Positions 29,353-39,666 of a DNA stretch of 64,000 bases are shown here, piece after piece (positions within the stretch are counted from its first letter, which is position 1; each line of letters starts with the position of its first letter). The stretch spans positions 26,210 to 90,209 of the forward strand of contig DAIDJN010000029.1 of the NCBI GenBank assembly GCA_027451365.1, read 5' to 3'. Below the pieces are notes generated by a model. That model worked only from the letters and a program-made list of their open reading frames with translations, was not told where the DNA came from and ran no database searches. Made by a program: the position numbers and the translations under genes. Source of the stretch: Phycisphaerales bacterium. GTDB taxonomy: Bacteria; Planctomycetota; Phycisphaerae; WQYP01.

Positions 29353-31494
29353 TCATCCGACATCTGCAAGCGAGAGCGTGGACGCAAACCGTGCCATCAG
29401 TTCCCGGCGTATTTCCGCATGCGCCGGCTCTATCAGGTGCGGATCATTTTGTGCCATCGCAATTGCGTCGGTTCGCGCTGTAGGCAGCAGAAACGGATCA
29501 AATAAAAGATCCGTAAAGGCCAAATCTCCATGACCGCTCTGCTGGGTTCCTATCAGTTCTCCCATGCCGCGAAGTTTCAAGTCTTCCTCGGCAATCTTAA
29601 AGCCACTGGTGTGTCGCACCATCGCCTGCATCCGCCGGGTGGCTTCCTGCGTCTGCTGGTCGCACATCAGAATGCAATAAGACTGATGCCCGCCTCGGCC
29701 AATGCGGCCGCGAAGCTGGTGAAGTTGCGCCAGCCCGAAATGGTCCGCATGTTCCACTACCATCAGCGAGGCATTGGGTACATCCACGCCGACTTCAATG
29801 ACGGTTGTGGAGACCAGTACGCTGATCTGTCCCTGCCGAAAATTCTCCATGGTTTTCATCCGCTCCTGACGGTCCATTCGGCCATGCAGCAGTCCCACCT
29901 GGCAATCGGCCAGTGGTCCAGCGCTTAATTCCGCCGCCAGTTGTACGGCGCTCTGCATGCCTGTCGGATTATCATCAATCGCTGGTGCTACCACATATAC
30001 CTGCCGCCCCTGGGCAATTAGTTTTCTAGCAAAGGCGTAGACCTCTTCGCGCTGCGGCCGCGCTACCGCCCGCGTGACGATCTTGCCCCGTCCCGGCGGG
30101 GATTCATCAATTGTGGAGACATCCAAGTCGCCAAACAGTGTCATTGCCAGCGTACGCGGAATAGGCGTGGCCGTCATGATTAATGTATGCACACCCGCGT
30201 AACGGTCGCGAATAACCGCCCGCTGTTGAACTCCGAATTTATGCTGCTCATCGACCACTAGAAGCGTCAGATTTTTAAGTTGAAGTTGCTCTCGCAGCAG
30301 TGCGTGTGTGCCCACCAGAATTCCCATTGTACCGTCCGCCGCGCCTGTAATCGTGCGACGCTTTTCCACCGCGGAAAGGCCCGCGGTCAACAGTCCCAGC
30401 TTTACCCGGCTGTTCACCAGATACCGCTGGAGCGTCAGAAAATGCTGTTCCGCCAGAAGTTCGGTCGGAGCGAGCATCGCCGCCTGGCTGCCACTGGCCA
30501 CCGCCAGAAGCATCGCATACAGCGCCACTACGGTTTTGCCGCAACCCACATCCCCCTGCACCAGACGATTCATCGGAACTGTGGACGCAAGGTCCTTCCG
30601 CAAACATGCAATCACGCGATTCTGTGCGTCCGTCAGTTTGAATTCCAGCCGCGCCCGGATGCGCTTGTCCACGGTGTCATCCGCACGCAGCGGTCTGGCA
30701 CCCGCGGCGTTCTGCTGCCGGGCGCGGCGCAGTGCCACCGCCAACTGGTAAAGAAAAAACTCGTGATAGGCCAAACTGTGTCGCGCTGCTTGCGTCTGCT
30801 TTAAATCAACCGGTTGGTGCACCGCCTGGTACGCCGCCCGCCGGCATGGCAGTTTTCGCGACGCCAGATAATCCGGGGCAAACCATTCCCGCACATTTGG
30901 CAGCAGCTGCGCCAGATTCCCAATGATAACTTGCCGGATCACCGCACTTGGAAGGTCCGCCGTCGCCGGATACGCCGGCTCGATTCTCGCGGCTGCGCGC
31001 GTGGACGATTCCTCGGTTACAACATCAAATAGGGGCTGCATTAACTGCGCCCGGCCGTTAAAAAAGTTTACCTGTCCGGTTGCCCGTAGTCGGCAGCCGG
31101 GCGCGATTTTATCCGGCAGATCCCACCGATTGAACCATACCAGAATACACCTTCCGGAAGCCTCTTCAATCAGCGCCTCAAAACGAGACCGCTTGCGGCG
31201 AATCATGCGGGTCTGAATGACGGTGCCCTCCACGGTTGCTTTTTGCCCGGACACCAGTTCCTGAACTTCGACCTGGCCTTGAAACTGCACGTAATCGCGC
31301 GGAAGAAAATCCAGCAAATCTCCAATGGTTCGCACCCCCAGTCGCGAAAAATGTTCCGCACGGCGCGGCCCGACTCCGTGCGCCTCGGCGACCGATGCGT
31401 GAAATGGTGAGCCAGGGTTAAACACCGGGAAGTTTGTTCCCGGCGGCTTATCCGCGCCGGATTCGGCGATTGAATGAATGGGAATCTGCTCCAT
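29353..31494 (-). CDS. recG: ATP-dependent DNA helicase RecG
   Basis: QGDVGCGKT, DEQHKFG, MTATPIPRTL, QLHQLRGRIGRG and an OB-fold wedge domain. Start uncertain. Confidence 0.97.
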   Translation of the reverse strand: MEQIPIHSIAESGADKPPGTNFPVFNPGSPFHASVAEAHGVGPRRAEHFSRLGVRTIGDLLDFLPRDYVQFQGQVEVQELVSGQKATVEGTVIQTRMIRRKRSRFEALIEEASGRCILVWFNRWDLPDKIAPGCRLRATGQVNFFNGRAQLMQPLFDVVTEESSTRAAARIEPAYPATADLPSAVIRQVIIGNLAQLLPNVREWFAPDYLASRKLPCRRAAYQAVHQPVDLKQTQAARHSLAYHEFFLYQLAVALRRARQQNAAGARPLRADDTVDKRIRARLEFKLTDAQNRVIACLRKDLASTVPMNRLVQGDVGCGKTVVALYAMLLAVASGSQAAMLAPTELLAEQHFLTLQRYLVNSRVKLGLLTAGLSAVEKRRTITGAADGTMGILVGTHALLREQLQLKNLTLLVVDEQHKFGVQQRAVIRDRYAGVHTLIMTATPIPRTLAMTLFGDLDVSTIDESPPGRGKIVTRAVARPQREEVYAFARKLIAQGRQVYVVAPAIDDNPTGMQSAVQLAAELSAGPLADCQVGLLHGRMDRQERMKTMENFRQGQISVLVSTTVIEVGVDVPNASLMVVEHADHFGLAQLHQLRGRIGRGGHQSYCILMCDQQTQEATRRMQAMVRHTSGFKIAEEDLKLRGMGELIGTQQSGHGDLAFTDLLFDPFLLPTARTDAIAMAQNDPHLIEPAHAEIRRELMARFASTLSLADVG

Positions 31495-31555
31495 GGCACA
31501 TCCGAAAAAGGCTGGTTTGACGGCGGCGGCTTTTTTTCCGCGTTGCCATTCAGAA

Positions 31556-32839
31556 TCAGGGTTGCTGCACCGGATCAGCCGACTGTTCATTCGTTGGCGT
31601 GCTGATGTTTATTGACAATTTTCGCTTTGGATCGCCCGCCAGGTACAGTGTACGTGTCGGGAATGCAATTTCCACGCCAAGTCTTTCCAGTTCGCGCAGC
31701 AGCGCAAGGTTGAAACGCTCACTGAATTCCATGTAACGCCAATAATCGGTCGATGGACGAAAGCAGTAATACACCGCAATATTCAGCGAATCCGCGTTAA
31801 AATCGGTGAAATAAACCCGCGGCGGATTGTCGGTCGGGTCGGTTGGATTGGTCACGGACGGACCGAATTCCGGGGAGGCCAGCAGATCGCGAATCATCTT
31901 TACCGCCTGATTCATCTTCGTCACCGGCGTGTCACAGGCGACCGTGACATTTATCGCCCGCCGGATAAACGGTCGCATGGATATATTTGTTACCGAATTG
32001 CTGACAATGTCTGAATTGGGAATGGTCACAAGCGAGCCATCCGTCTGCCGGACCCGGGTGGACCGGAACCCGATTTCCTCCACCTTTCCAGTGATGCCCT
32101 GATAGGAGACGGAATGTCCTACCAGGAACGGACGGTCCATGAAAATTGTGACGGATCCGAAAAGATTTTTCAGCGAATCCTGGGCCGCCAGCGATACCGC
32201 CAATCCCGCGATTCCCAGTCCTGCCAGCCACGAACCAATGTCGCGGTCAAATACGTTCTGCAGAATAAACAGCGCGCCGATTATGGTAACAAAAATCCGC
32301 AGCGTCTTGCGCACAATCGGCACAATCTGTTCGGTAAGGGGGGTGTCGTGACGGGCGATAAATCGTTTTAGCGCAAGTTCCACCGTGGCTACAATGTTAA
32401 AGCCATACCAGAATATTGATATCGCCAGAAGCAGAAGTAGAATTTTTCCAGAAAAAGTTTCCAGCACCGTGCTTAAATGCAGTTGGCCAAGGCCGACCAG
32501 AAGGCCGGCGGCCAGTATGGCCAGGCTCAGCGGTGAGGCCAGACTATCCACCATGACCGCTTGAAAATGCCAATTGCGCCGTTCCAGCCGCAACGCCAGT
32601 CCGCGGCAACCGGCCGCAGCCAGTCGTCCCACCACGACACCGCCCAGAATCGCCAGCAGCAGTGTCAGCCAGTTGGCCAGGCGGTTGTCGTGCAGCAGTT
32701 GCTGAAAATTAATCTGCCGCACAACCGATTGCCACAGGCTGCCCAGACTGTGCTTCGCATGAACCGCCGCCGGATGTGTTGTCGCGGGTATATTTGCGGA
32801 AATACTGGACGCTGTTTTTTTAATCATTAATTGCGGCAT
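31556..32839 (-). CDS. MscS family mechanosensitive channel
   Basis: GLGIAGLAVSLAAQDSLKNLFGS, GKVEEIGFRSTR, IPNS and IAFPTRT motifs. Confidence 0.93.
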   Translation of the reverse strand: MPQLMIKKTASSISANIPATTHPAAVHAKHSLGSLWQSVVRQINFQQLLHDNRLANWLTLLLAILGGVVVGRLAAAGCRGLALRLERRNWHFQAVMVDSLASPLSLAILAAGLLVGLGQLHLSTVLETFSGKILLLLLAISIFWYGFNIVATVELALKRFIARHDTPLTEQIVPIVRKTLRIFVTIIGALFILQNVFDRDIGSWLAGLGIAGLAVSLAAQDSLKNLFGSVTIFMDRPFLVGHSVSYQGITGKVEEIGFRSTRVRQTDGSLVTIPNSDIVSNSVTNISMRPFIRRAINVTVACDTPVTKMNQAVKMIRDLLASPEFGPSVTNPTDPTDNPPRVYFTDFNADSLNIAVYYCFRPSTDYWRYMEFSERFNLALLRELERLGVEIAFPTRTLYLAGDPKRKLSINISTPTNEQSADPVQQP

Positions 32840-32928
32840 CGGATTTTCTCAATTTTGGCGGGGCCTGTTGCGGCGTGGCATGGAAACTCGCGATTCGCGA
32901 TTCCATTTCTGCACGGTCGGTCCGCTGT

Positions 32929-34383
32929 TTAATATTCTACAAACGGCAGATATGCCGTTGTTTCCACGTAACCGGTTCTTTGTGATTTATCCAGATCATC
33001 CACTGAAATTCCCAGCGCACGAACGATCGCCTCCACATCATCAGCAACTTTGATCGGCTGATTGGCATGGCTGCCCCATGTCGGCTCCGCCGCCGGCATT
33101 TTTGCCTCTTTCGTTCGTATGCCGGTATGGTATTGCACTGTGGCGTCGGGGTCTTTTAAGCCATGGCCGGTCAGCACACAGGCCACCCGTTCATGTCGTG
33201 AAATAACCTGTGACGCCAGAAGCTGCCGCAGGCCGGCTATTGTCGCTGCGCTGGCGGGCTCGCAACCAAAGCCAAATCGACCGATCAGGGCTTTGGCTTC
33301 CAGTATTTCCTCATCGGTTACCTCGGCCACCACGCCGTTCATGCCATCCAGAGCGCGCAACGCCTTTTTCAAATTCACGGGTCGGCCGATTTCAATTGCG
33401 GACGCAATCGTGTGCGGATGAATATGCTCCGCATCCATTTTTGCATAATGGGCTTGAATCATGTCGTCGTCCGTGCGGCCGCCGTTCCAGGTCAGACCGC
33501 CGCGGACCAGCGTGTATAAGGTATTTGCGCCTCGCGCGTTAATAATCGCCAGTCGCGGTACCCGCCGGATGAGTCCCAGCGCCAGCAATTCCGCGAAAGC
33601 TTTTCCGAATGCCGAACAGTTCCCAAGGTTTCCGCCCGGCACAACAATCCAGTCCGGCACTTCCCAGTTAAGAGATTCCAGAATCCGGTACATAATCGTT
33701 TTCTGGCCTTCCAGCCTGAACGGATTGACCGAATTCATCAGATACAGTCCAAGCTGCCCGCTCACTTGACGCACTCTGGCCAGACAGGTGTCAAAATCGC
33801 CTTCAATTTGCAGCGTGCGGGCACCATAGTCCAGCGCCTGTGAGAGCTTTCCAAACGCTATTTTGCCAGTTCCTATAAACACAATTCCCTGAAAGCCGTT
33901 TTGCGCCGCATACAGCGCTAAAGATGCCGACGTATTTCCGGTGCTCGCACACGCGACACGCCGCGCGCCGACCATGCGCGCATGGGTGAACGCGGCGGTC
34001 ATTCCGTTATCCTTAAAACTGCCCGACGGGTTCATTCCCTCATATTGCAGCCATAACTGCCCGGGCCACATTCCCAGTTGTCGTCCAAGGCAGACCGCAT
34101 TCTGTAAAAATGTCTGTCCTTCGCCAATCGTGCAGACCATCGCATCGGCACAAAACGGCAGCAGGTCCCGGAAACGCCACACTCCCGAATAATCCAGCGG
34201 AAAGCGCCGGTTCTGCCAGCGCTGCTGGAAATGACGCAGCGTGGCCGGCGGATTCGCTTTCGACCAGTCATATTCGATATCCAGCAGTTCGCCGCATTTT
34301 TGACATGATGTCAATGTCCGGCTCACATCAAAGGTTGAACCACACGAAGGATTAATGCACTTCTGGAACGCGGTCGTTTTCAT
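32929..34383 (-). CDS. thrC: Threonine synthase
   Basis: NPSGSFKD (PLP lysine), CASTGNTS, VPGGNLGN, EPASA and LTGHGLKD motifs, with N-terminal CxxxxC/CxxC. Confidence 0.95.
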   Translation of the reverse strand: MKTTAFQKCINPSCGSTFDVSRTLTSCQKCGELLDIEYDWSKANPPATLRHFQQRWQNRRFPLDYSGVWRFRDLLPFCADAMVCTIGEGQTFLQNAVCLGRQLGMWPGQLWLQYEGMNPSGSFKDNGMTAAFTHARMVGARRVACASTGNTSASLALYAAQNGFQGIVFIGTGKIAFGKLSQALDYGARTLQIEGDFDTCLARVRQVSGQLGLYLMNSVNPFRLEGQKTIMYRILESLNWEVPDWIVVPGGNLGNCSAFGKAFAELLALGLIRRVPRLAIINARGANTLYTLVRGGLTWNGGRTDDDMIQAHYAKMDAEHIHPHTIASAIEIGRPVNLKKALRALDGMNGVVAEVTDEEILEAKALIGRFGFGCEPASAATIAGLRQLLASQVISRHERVACVLTGHGLKDPDATVQYHTGIRTKEAKMPAAEPTWGSHANQPIKVADDVEAIVRALGISVDDLDKSQRTGYVETTAYLPFVEY

Positions 34384-34479
34384 GTTCCGGATTTTATACG
34401 CAAACGCCCGTACCGGCCAACCGCATCAGGCCGACGATCGCCGAAGCAGTTCCCCGGCACATGTGCCGGGGCGCAATAA

Positions 34480-36108
34480 TTAACTTACCACGGCCTTCAC
34501 AGGTTCCCGCGCAGCCGCGGGCCAGTCCAGATGGCAGCGCCAGTTGATATTGTCCAACTCCGGAAAATCGGTCCGGAAATGTACGCCGCGGGTTTCTCTG
34601 CGGGCGCGTGCGGCAACCGTAATCAGCCGCGCCACTTCCAGCATGTTCTGTAATTCCCATCCGGCCGGAGCCTCAAACACTTTATCCAGCACATAGTGCG
34701 ACCAGAACTCAATTATTTCAATCGCCTCATCCAGTCGCGGGCCGTATCGCTCGATGCCCGCATTTCTCCAGAGCAGAGATTTAAGACTGCTTAATACATC
34801 GGCCATATCCAGTTCTGTCCGTTCCGAGTGGGGTATTTCCACGGTGATCCGCGGAATTTCAATCGGTCGCAACTGTCCGACAATGCGCGCCGCCGCATCT
34901 TCCCCCGCCCGTTTGCCGAATACCAGCGCCTCAATCAGTGAATTACTGGCCAGGCGATTGGCTCCGTGCAGGCCGGTATAAGATGTTTCGCCTATGGCAT
35001 AAAGATTTTCCACGCTTGTGCGGCCCGTTAAATCACATCGCACCCCACCGACCATATAATGGGCGCTGGGGTGAACGGGAATAGGCTGTTTGCCGGGATT
35101 AATTGCAAATTGCTGGCATACCTTATAAATGCTTGGAAAGCGGGCCTTAAAGCCATCCGTGCCCATGTGTCGGCAATCCAGAAATACATGGGTGGTGCCG
35201 GTTTTTGCCATCTGGGCCAGAATGCTCCGCGAAACCACGTCCCGCGGTGCGAGTTCCGCCATTGGATGGTAGGCCTTCATGAATTCTTCGCCAGCCCGGT
35301 CAATAAGTTTTGCTCCTTCGCCACGAACCGCTTCGCTTATCAGAAACCGCGCAGAACCCGCAATATAAATGGTGGTCGGATGGAATTGCACCATTTCCAT
35401 GTCGCGCAATTCCGCCTGCGCTCGCCAGGCCATAGCGTGCCCGTCCGCCGTCGCGATGGCCGGATTGGTGGTTTCACGGAACAGTGCCCCGGCCCCGCCG
35501 CTGGCCAACAGGGTCTGGTTCGCAAAAATCGCGAACATGCCGCGCTGCTGTGTCCAGGCCAAGGCGCCGACACACCGACCCTCAAGTGTGATCAGGTCCA
35601 GCACAAACGTATGTTCCAGAATGGATATCGCTTCGCGCTGCCTGGCCACCGCCAGCAGACTGTTGGCCAGTTCACGCCCTGTCGCATCGCCCAGCGCATG
35701 AATGATTCGCGCTGCCGAGTGGCCGCCTTCCCGCCCGAAGGACAGTCGTCCGTCGGTTTCCCGGTCAAAGTTCGCTCCCCAGCTTATCAGTTCATCAATG
35801 CGCGCCGGTGCCTCCCGCACGACAGTCTCTACTGCGGCCCGTTCGCTTAACCCGCAGCCGGTCGCAAGGGTGTCGGCGATATGGCTTTCAAAACTGTCAT
35901 CCGCCTTCATGACCGTCGCAATGCCACCCTGTGCATAAAACGTGTTCGATTCAGACAACTGCTGCTTGGATACCAGCAGTACCTCCGCGCTTTGGCTGGC
36001 CGCAATTGCCGCCCGCAGGCCCGCGACTCCGCTGCCTATTACCAGAATGTCGGTCACCACATGCGGCAAACGATGGCTTTTGAACGGATACAGATACCGG
36101 CGGTCCAT
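34480..36108 (-). CDS. nadB: L-aspartate oxidase
   Basis: IGSGVAG, YAQGGIA, EGGHS, QFHPT, LISEAVRGEG and GLHGANRLASNSL motifs. SD AAGGAG. Confidence 0.96.
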   Translation of the reverse strand: MDRRYLYPFKSHRLPHVVTDILVIGSGVAGLRAAIAASQSAEVLLVSKQQLSESNTFYAQGGIATVMKADDSFESHIADTLATGCGLSERAAVETVVREAPARIDELISWGANFDRETDGRLSFGREGGHSAARIIHALGDATGRELANSLLAVARQREAISILEHTFVLDLITLEGRCVGALAWTQQRGMFAIFANQTLLASGGAGALFRETTNPAIATADGHAMAWRAQAELRDMEMVQFHPTTIYIAGSARFLISEAVRGEGAKLIDRAGEEFMKAYHPMAELAPRDVVSRSILAQMAKTGTTHVFLDCRHMGTDGFKARFPSIYKVCQQFAINPGKQPIPVHPSAHYMVGGVRCDLTGRTSVENLYAIGETSYTGLHGANRLASNSLIEALVFGKRAGEDAAARIVGQLRPIEIPRITVEIPHSERTELDMADVLSSLKSLLWRNAGIERYGPRLDEAIEIIEFWSHYVLDKVFEAPAGWELQNMLEVARLITVAARARRETRGVHFRTDFPELDNINWRCHLDWPAAAREPVKAVVS

Positions 36109-36429
36109 TGAAACTCCTTTTACATTCACCTATGTTAGCCCGGAATGCCCGCAGATTCATCCGGCGCGTGGATCGGCTTATTCCGGAAGCACCCCGTTCT
36201 TGGCGGCATTTGCCCAACGGCTTGCAGCCGCAATTGTCGGTTCCTGATCAAAATCGGCAGACCCATATCCGGGGAACGCCATCCGGTTCCATCGCCGGAT
36301 CCGATACTCCCTCGCCAGGCGGTTGGAGTCAATTTTGCAATCTTGTCGGCTCTTTTGCGTTACAATGGCGAAGGTGGGTCCGGCTTGGGAATTCACGCCG
36401 AGTCGCGCCCAAATGTGAAAGGTATCATC

Positions 36430-36780
36430 ATGATGTCCAAAAAAAAAGCCGCTGCTATGCTGGCCGGGAAAAAATGTGCCCCCTGCGAAGGCGGCACCTC
36501 TCCGCTTACTCCCAAAGAGATCGCCAAACTTCTTAAATCGGTCCCGGAATGGCGGGTGGATGCCGATGTTCTAACCCGCGATTTTGAATTCCTGAATTTT
36601 CACCAGACCATGTCATTTGTAAACGCGGTCGCGTGGCTGGCCAATCTGGAAAACCATCATCCGGATATGCAGGTCGGCTATAGCCGCGTCCGCGTTGGCT
36701 TCAGTACCCATGCCATCAACGGTCTGTCACCGAACGACTTTATATGCGCCGCCAAAATCGACGCAATGCTCGCACTTTAA
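36430..36780 (+). CDS. phhB: Pterin-4-alpha-carbinolamine dehydratase
   Basis: CAPCEGG, ENHHPD and THAINGLSPNDFICAAKID motifs. Confidence 0.92.
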   Translation: MMSKKKAAAMLAGKKCAPCEGGTSPLTPKEIAKLLKSVPEWRVDADVLTRDFEFLNFHQTMSFVNAVAWLANLENHHPDMQVGYSRVRVGFSTHAINGLSPNDFICAAKIDAMLAL

Positions 36781-36791
36781 TAAAGGATGCC

Positions 36792-38060
36792 ATGGTCAAC
36801 GAACCTTACAGCGGCCGAAGAGTGCTGATTCTTTCGGCGTCCGCCGGCGCGGGGCATATCCGCGCCGCGGATGCCATTTTGAAAATCTGTGCCGGTGATT
36901 CCCGCGTTGCCCAGGTAGAGCACTGGGACATGCTAAAGTACACCAACCGGCTTTTTCGGCATATCTATTCCCAGGTCTATCTGGATTTAATCAATCGTGC
37001 GCCAAAAATGCTTGGCTGGATATACGATACCACCGACACCCCCTGGCGAAACGAGAAAAAGCGGCTCGCCTTTGAAAAATTCAATGCCGGACCCTTTCTC
37101 AAGGCGGTCACCGCTTTTAACCCTGATTTAATCATTTGCACCCATTTTACGCCTTCCACTTTGGTGGGCTGGCTATATGAAGTTGGGCGCATTGCCGTGC
37201 GCCCGGCAATCTGCGTTACCGACTTTGACTGCCATGCCATGTGGCTCACTCATATTTATCAGTATTATTTCCTGGCTTTGGAAGAAACACGCGTCCACAT
37301 GCAGCGGCTCGGCATAGATGCAGCCCGTATGAAAGTCACCGGAATTCCCGTCGATCCGGCTTTTATGGAACCAATGGAAAAATCCGAAGCCCGTCGGCGC
37401 TGCTCACTTGATCCCGCCCTTTTTACTATTCTGGTTTCCGCCGGCGGTTATGGCGTTGGCCCTATTGAACTGCTGATTGCTGAAATTCTGCGACTTAAAA
37501 TTCCCGTTCAGGTCGTCGTCATCGCTGGTCGAAGTCTGGAACTTAAAGCCACGCTCGATGAACTGGCCGCGCAACAAAATCCAAGCCAGCCGGTAAAACT
37601 GGTTCCCGTCGGATACACCACACACATGCACGAATTCATGGCCGCTGCGGATCTTCTTATTGGCAAGCCGGGTGGTCTGACCACCAGCGAAGCGATGGCC
37701 CGCAATTTGCCGGTCTGTATTGTCAATCCGATTCCCGGACAGGAGGAACGCAATTCCGATCATCTGCTGGAGCAAGGCGTCGCCATCCGCTGTAACAATT
37801 TGCCTACGCTTGCCTATAAAATCGAAAACCTTCTGGCCAATCCGGAGAGGCTTTCGGCAATGCGCGCGGCGACTCATGCCGTAGCCCGGCCTTCCGCAGC
37901 GCTGGATATTGTTCAAACTCTGCTGAACCTGCCGCAAGATCATCGCGTGGAAAAGCCGCGGCGATGGCCCTTTGCGGCTCGCAACGGAATGGCCCGCCGC
38001 ATGACCGCCGCGCGCCTGCGGGCAAGCCGCCGAGCCAGTTCAAAGCGGCATCGTGACTGA
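36792..38060 (+). CDS. MGDG synthase / UgtP-like glycosyltransferase (GT28)
   Basis: SASAGAGH, CTHF, VTDF..H, TGIPV, KPGGLTTSEA and PIPGQEERN motifs. Confidence 0.9.
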   Translation: MVNEPYSGRRVLILSASAGAGHIRAADAILKICAGDSRVAQVEHWDMLKYTNRLFRHIYSQVYLDLINRAPKMLGWIYDTTDTPWRNEKKRLAFEKFNAGPFLKAVTAFNPDLIICTHFTPSTLVGWLYEVGRIAVRPAICVTDFDCHAMWLTHIYQYYFLALEETRVHMQRLGIDAARMKVTGIPVDPAFMEPMEKSEARRRCSLDPALFTILVSAGGYGVGPIELLIAEILRLKIPVQVVVIAGRSLELKATLDELAAQQNPSQPVKLVPVGYTTHMHEFMAAADLLIGKPGGLTTSEAMARNLPVCIVNPIPGQEERNSDHLLEQGVAIRCNNLPTLAYKIENLLANPERLSAMRAATHAVARPSAALDIVQTLLNLPQDHRVEKPRRWPFAARNGMARRMTAARLRASRRASSKRHRD

Positions 38061-38237
38061 TCCGCTGCTCGTATTTCGCAAATTGTGCGCGGTTGCCACA
38101 ATTCAGTTGCCGACGATCGCAGAAAAAAATGGCCCAGGCGCTGCACCGATTACGCCTGGGCCGGTACCATTTCCGATCACAAGACCGGCGGTACGCTCTT
38201 AAAACTGCTAGTGAATCCAGTGCCGCAGGCCGCCGCG

Positions 38238-39209
38238 CTACACCAGGACCTCGCTGTTTAATGTGGCCCGCAGTTTTTCCAGCGCCCGGTTTTGAATCTG
38301 GCGCACGCGCTCTTTGGTTACGCCAATCACTTGGCCAACCTCTTCGAGTGTCATGGACGATTCTTCCTGCGTCCGGTTAATGGCAAACCGTGCTTCAATC
38401 ACACGACGTTCCACCTCGGTAAGGTTCGCACTGTTGGCCCGGATAATCCGCTGTAATTCCTCAACTGCGTCGCGGGTCACATTGTCGCGGCGGGTTTCCA
38501 TATCCTTCGAGCGTTCCATCGAAGGATCAAATTCCATCGGGAACATTGTGTGGTACCGATTGGACTTTACCGCAATGCGGCTGAAAGCCTTCAAAATAGC
38601 CCGGCACGCATAAGTGCTGAATTTAAATCCGCGGGCGGCATCGAATTTTTCCACGGCCCGCAACAGCGCCATGTTGCCTTCAGAAATCAAATCGCCAAAA
38701 TCAACATCCGCCATGCGTGTCCGTTTGGCCATGGCCAGAACGAGTGCCAGGTTGGCGTTGGTGATTAACTCACGCGTATCACGAACGCGGCCAAACCAGC
38801 GGGCAAGCTCGGCCGCTGTTTTTTTCCCCGGCTTTTCCTTAAACGCGGTCGCCAGAATACCGGCTCGCATCCGGGCATAGTTGTAACGCAGGAACAGATG
38901 CTTTTCTTCGTTGGCCTTAAGCAAAGAAGACGATGGCGTGGGTGAAGTCAACACATCTTCCATCATCGGGTGATACCATCCGGTACCAGCCCGCGCAATG
39001 TCCAGACCTTCATCAAATAATTCGCGCTCGGCATCAGCCTTGTTAAACAGCGGATTGGGCATGTAGTCCAGCGATACACTTAATGCTTCAGTAGCCAGTT
39101 CACGCTCTGAGGTTGAAAGAGCGGCCAAAGCTGCGCGATGCTTCTGGCTAGCCGGAGCAAAATAGCGGGACAGTTTCTGGTCTTTAAGGTTGGTGACATC
39201 AGTGTTCAT
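38238..39209 (-). CDS. RpoD/SigA-family alternative sigma-70 factor (short form)
   Basis: Region 2 NLALV...DLISEGN...AVEKFD..RGFKFSTYA and region 4 TLEEVG..IGVTKERVRQIQ. SD GGAGGT before the ATG at 39209. Confidence 0.92.
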   Translation of the reverse strand: MNTDVTNLKDQKLSRYFAPASQKHRAALAALSTSERELATEALSVSLDYMPNPLFNKADAERELFDEGLDIARAGTGWYHPMMEDVLTSPTPSSSLLKANEEKHLFLRYNYARMRAGILATAFKEKPGKKTAAELARWFGRVRDTRELITNANLALVLAMAKRTRMADVDFGDLISEGNMALLRAVEKFDAARGFKFSTYACRAILKAFSRIAVKSNRYHTMFPMEFDPSMERSKDMETRRDNVTRDAVEELQRIIRANSANLTEVERRVIEARFAINRTQEESSMTLEEVGQVIGVTKERVRQIQNRALEKLRATLNSEVLV

Positions 39210-39666
39210 AAAACACCTCCTGATGGTCTGTCGGCGAACATCTAATCGCCTTACATGGTTTAATACAGAACAAATTGGATGCCGGGTCATATTGTTTTAA
39301 AAAATATTGAGATAAATGTCACTAAATGCATTATTTGTATAGGGTTATATGCTTTCAAAATAATTTGAAAATATTTTTTTTCGCTGGACACCCCGCCAAT
39401 TTGGCGGACCGGTTCAGCCACAAAGGTCAAATCGCCGGTTACGCCCCGGCGTTTCGCCTGTCACCGGAAAGTTACCGCTGGCGGTCCGCCTTGTCAGTCT
39501 GTTAACTTCGCAGAGTTCTTTTGCACACGTTCCCGCCCGTCACCGTAGTCCGATAACCCGGCTTTTTGCCAATAGTTTTATTAATTTTCACTTGAAATTG
39601 CACCGCATGTTGGCCTACCATACACTTTGTGAAAACTTGTACGAAGTTTTGGCGGAAAATTTAATC

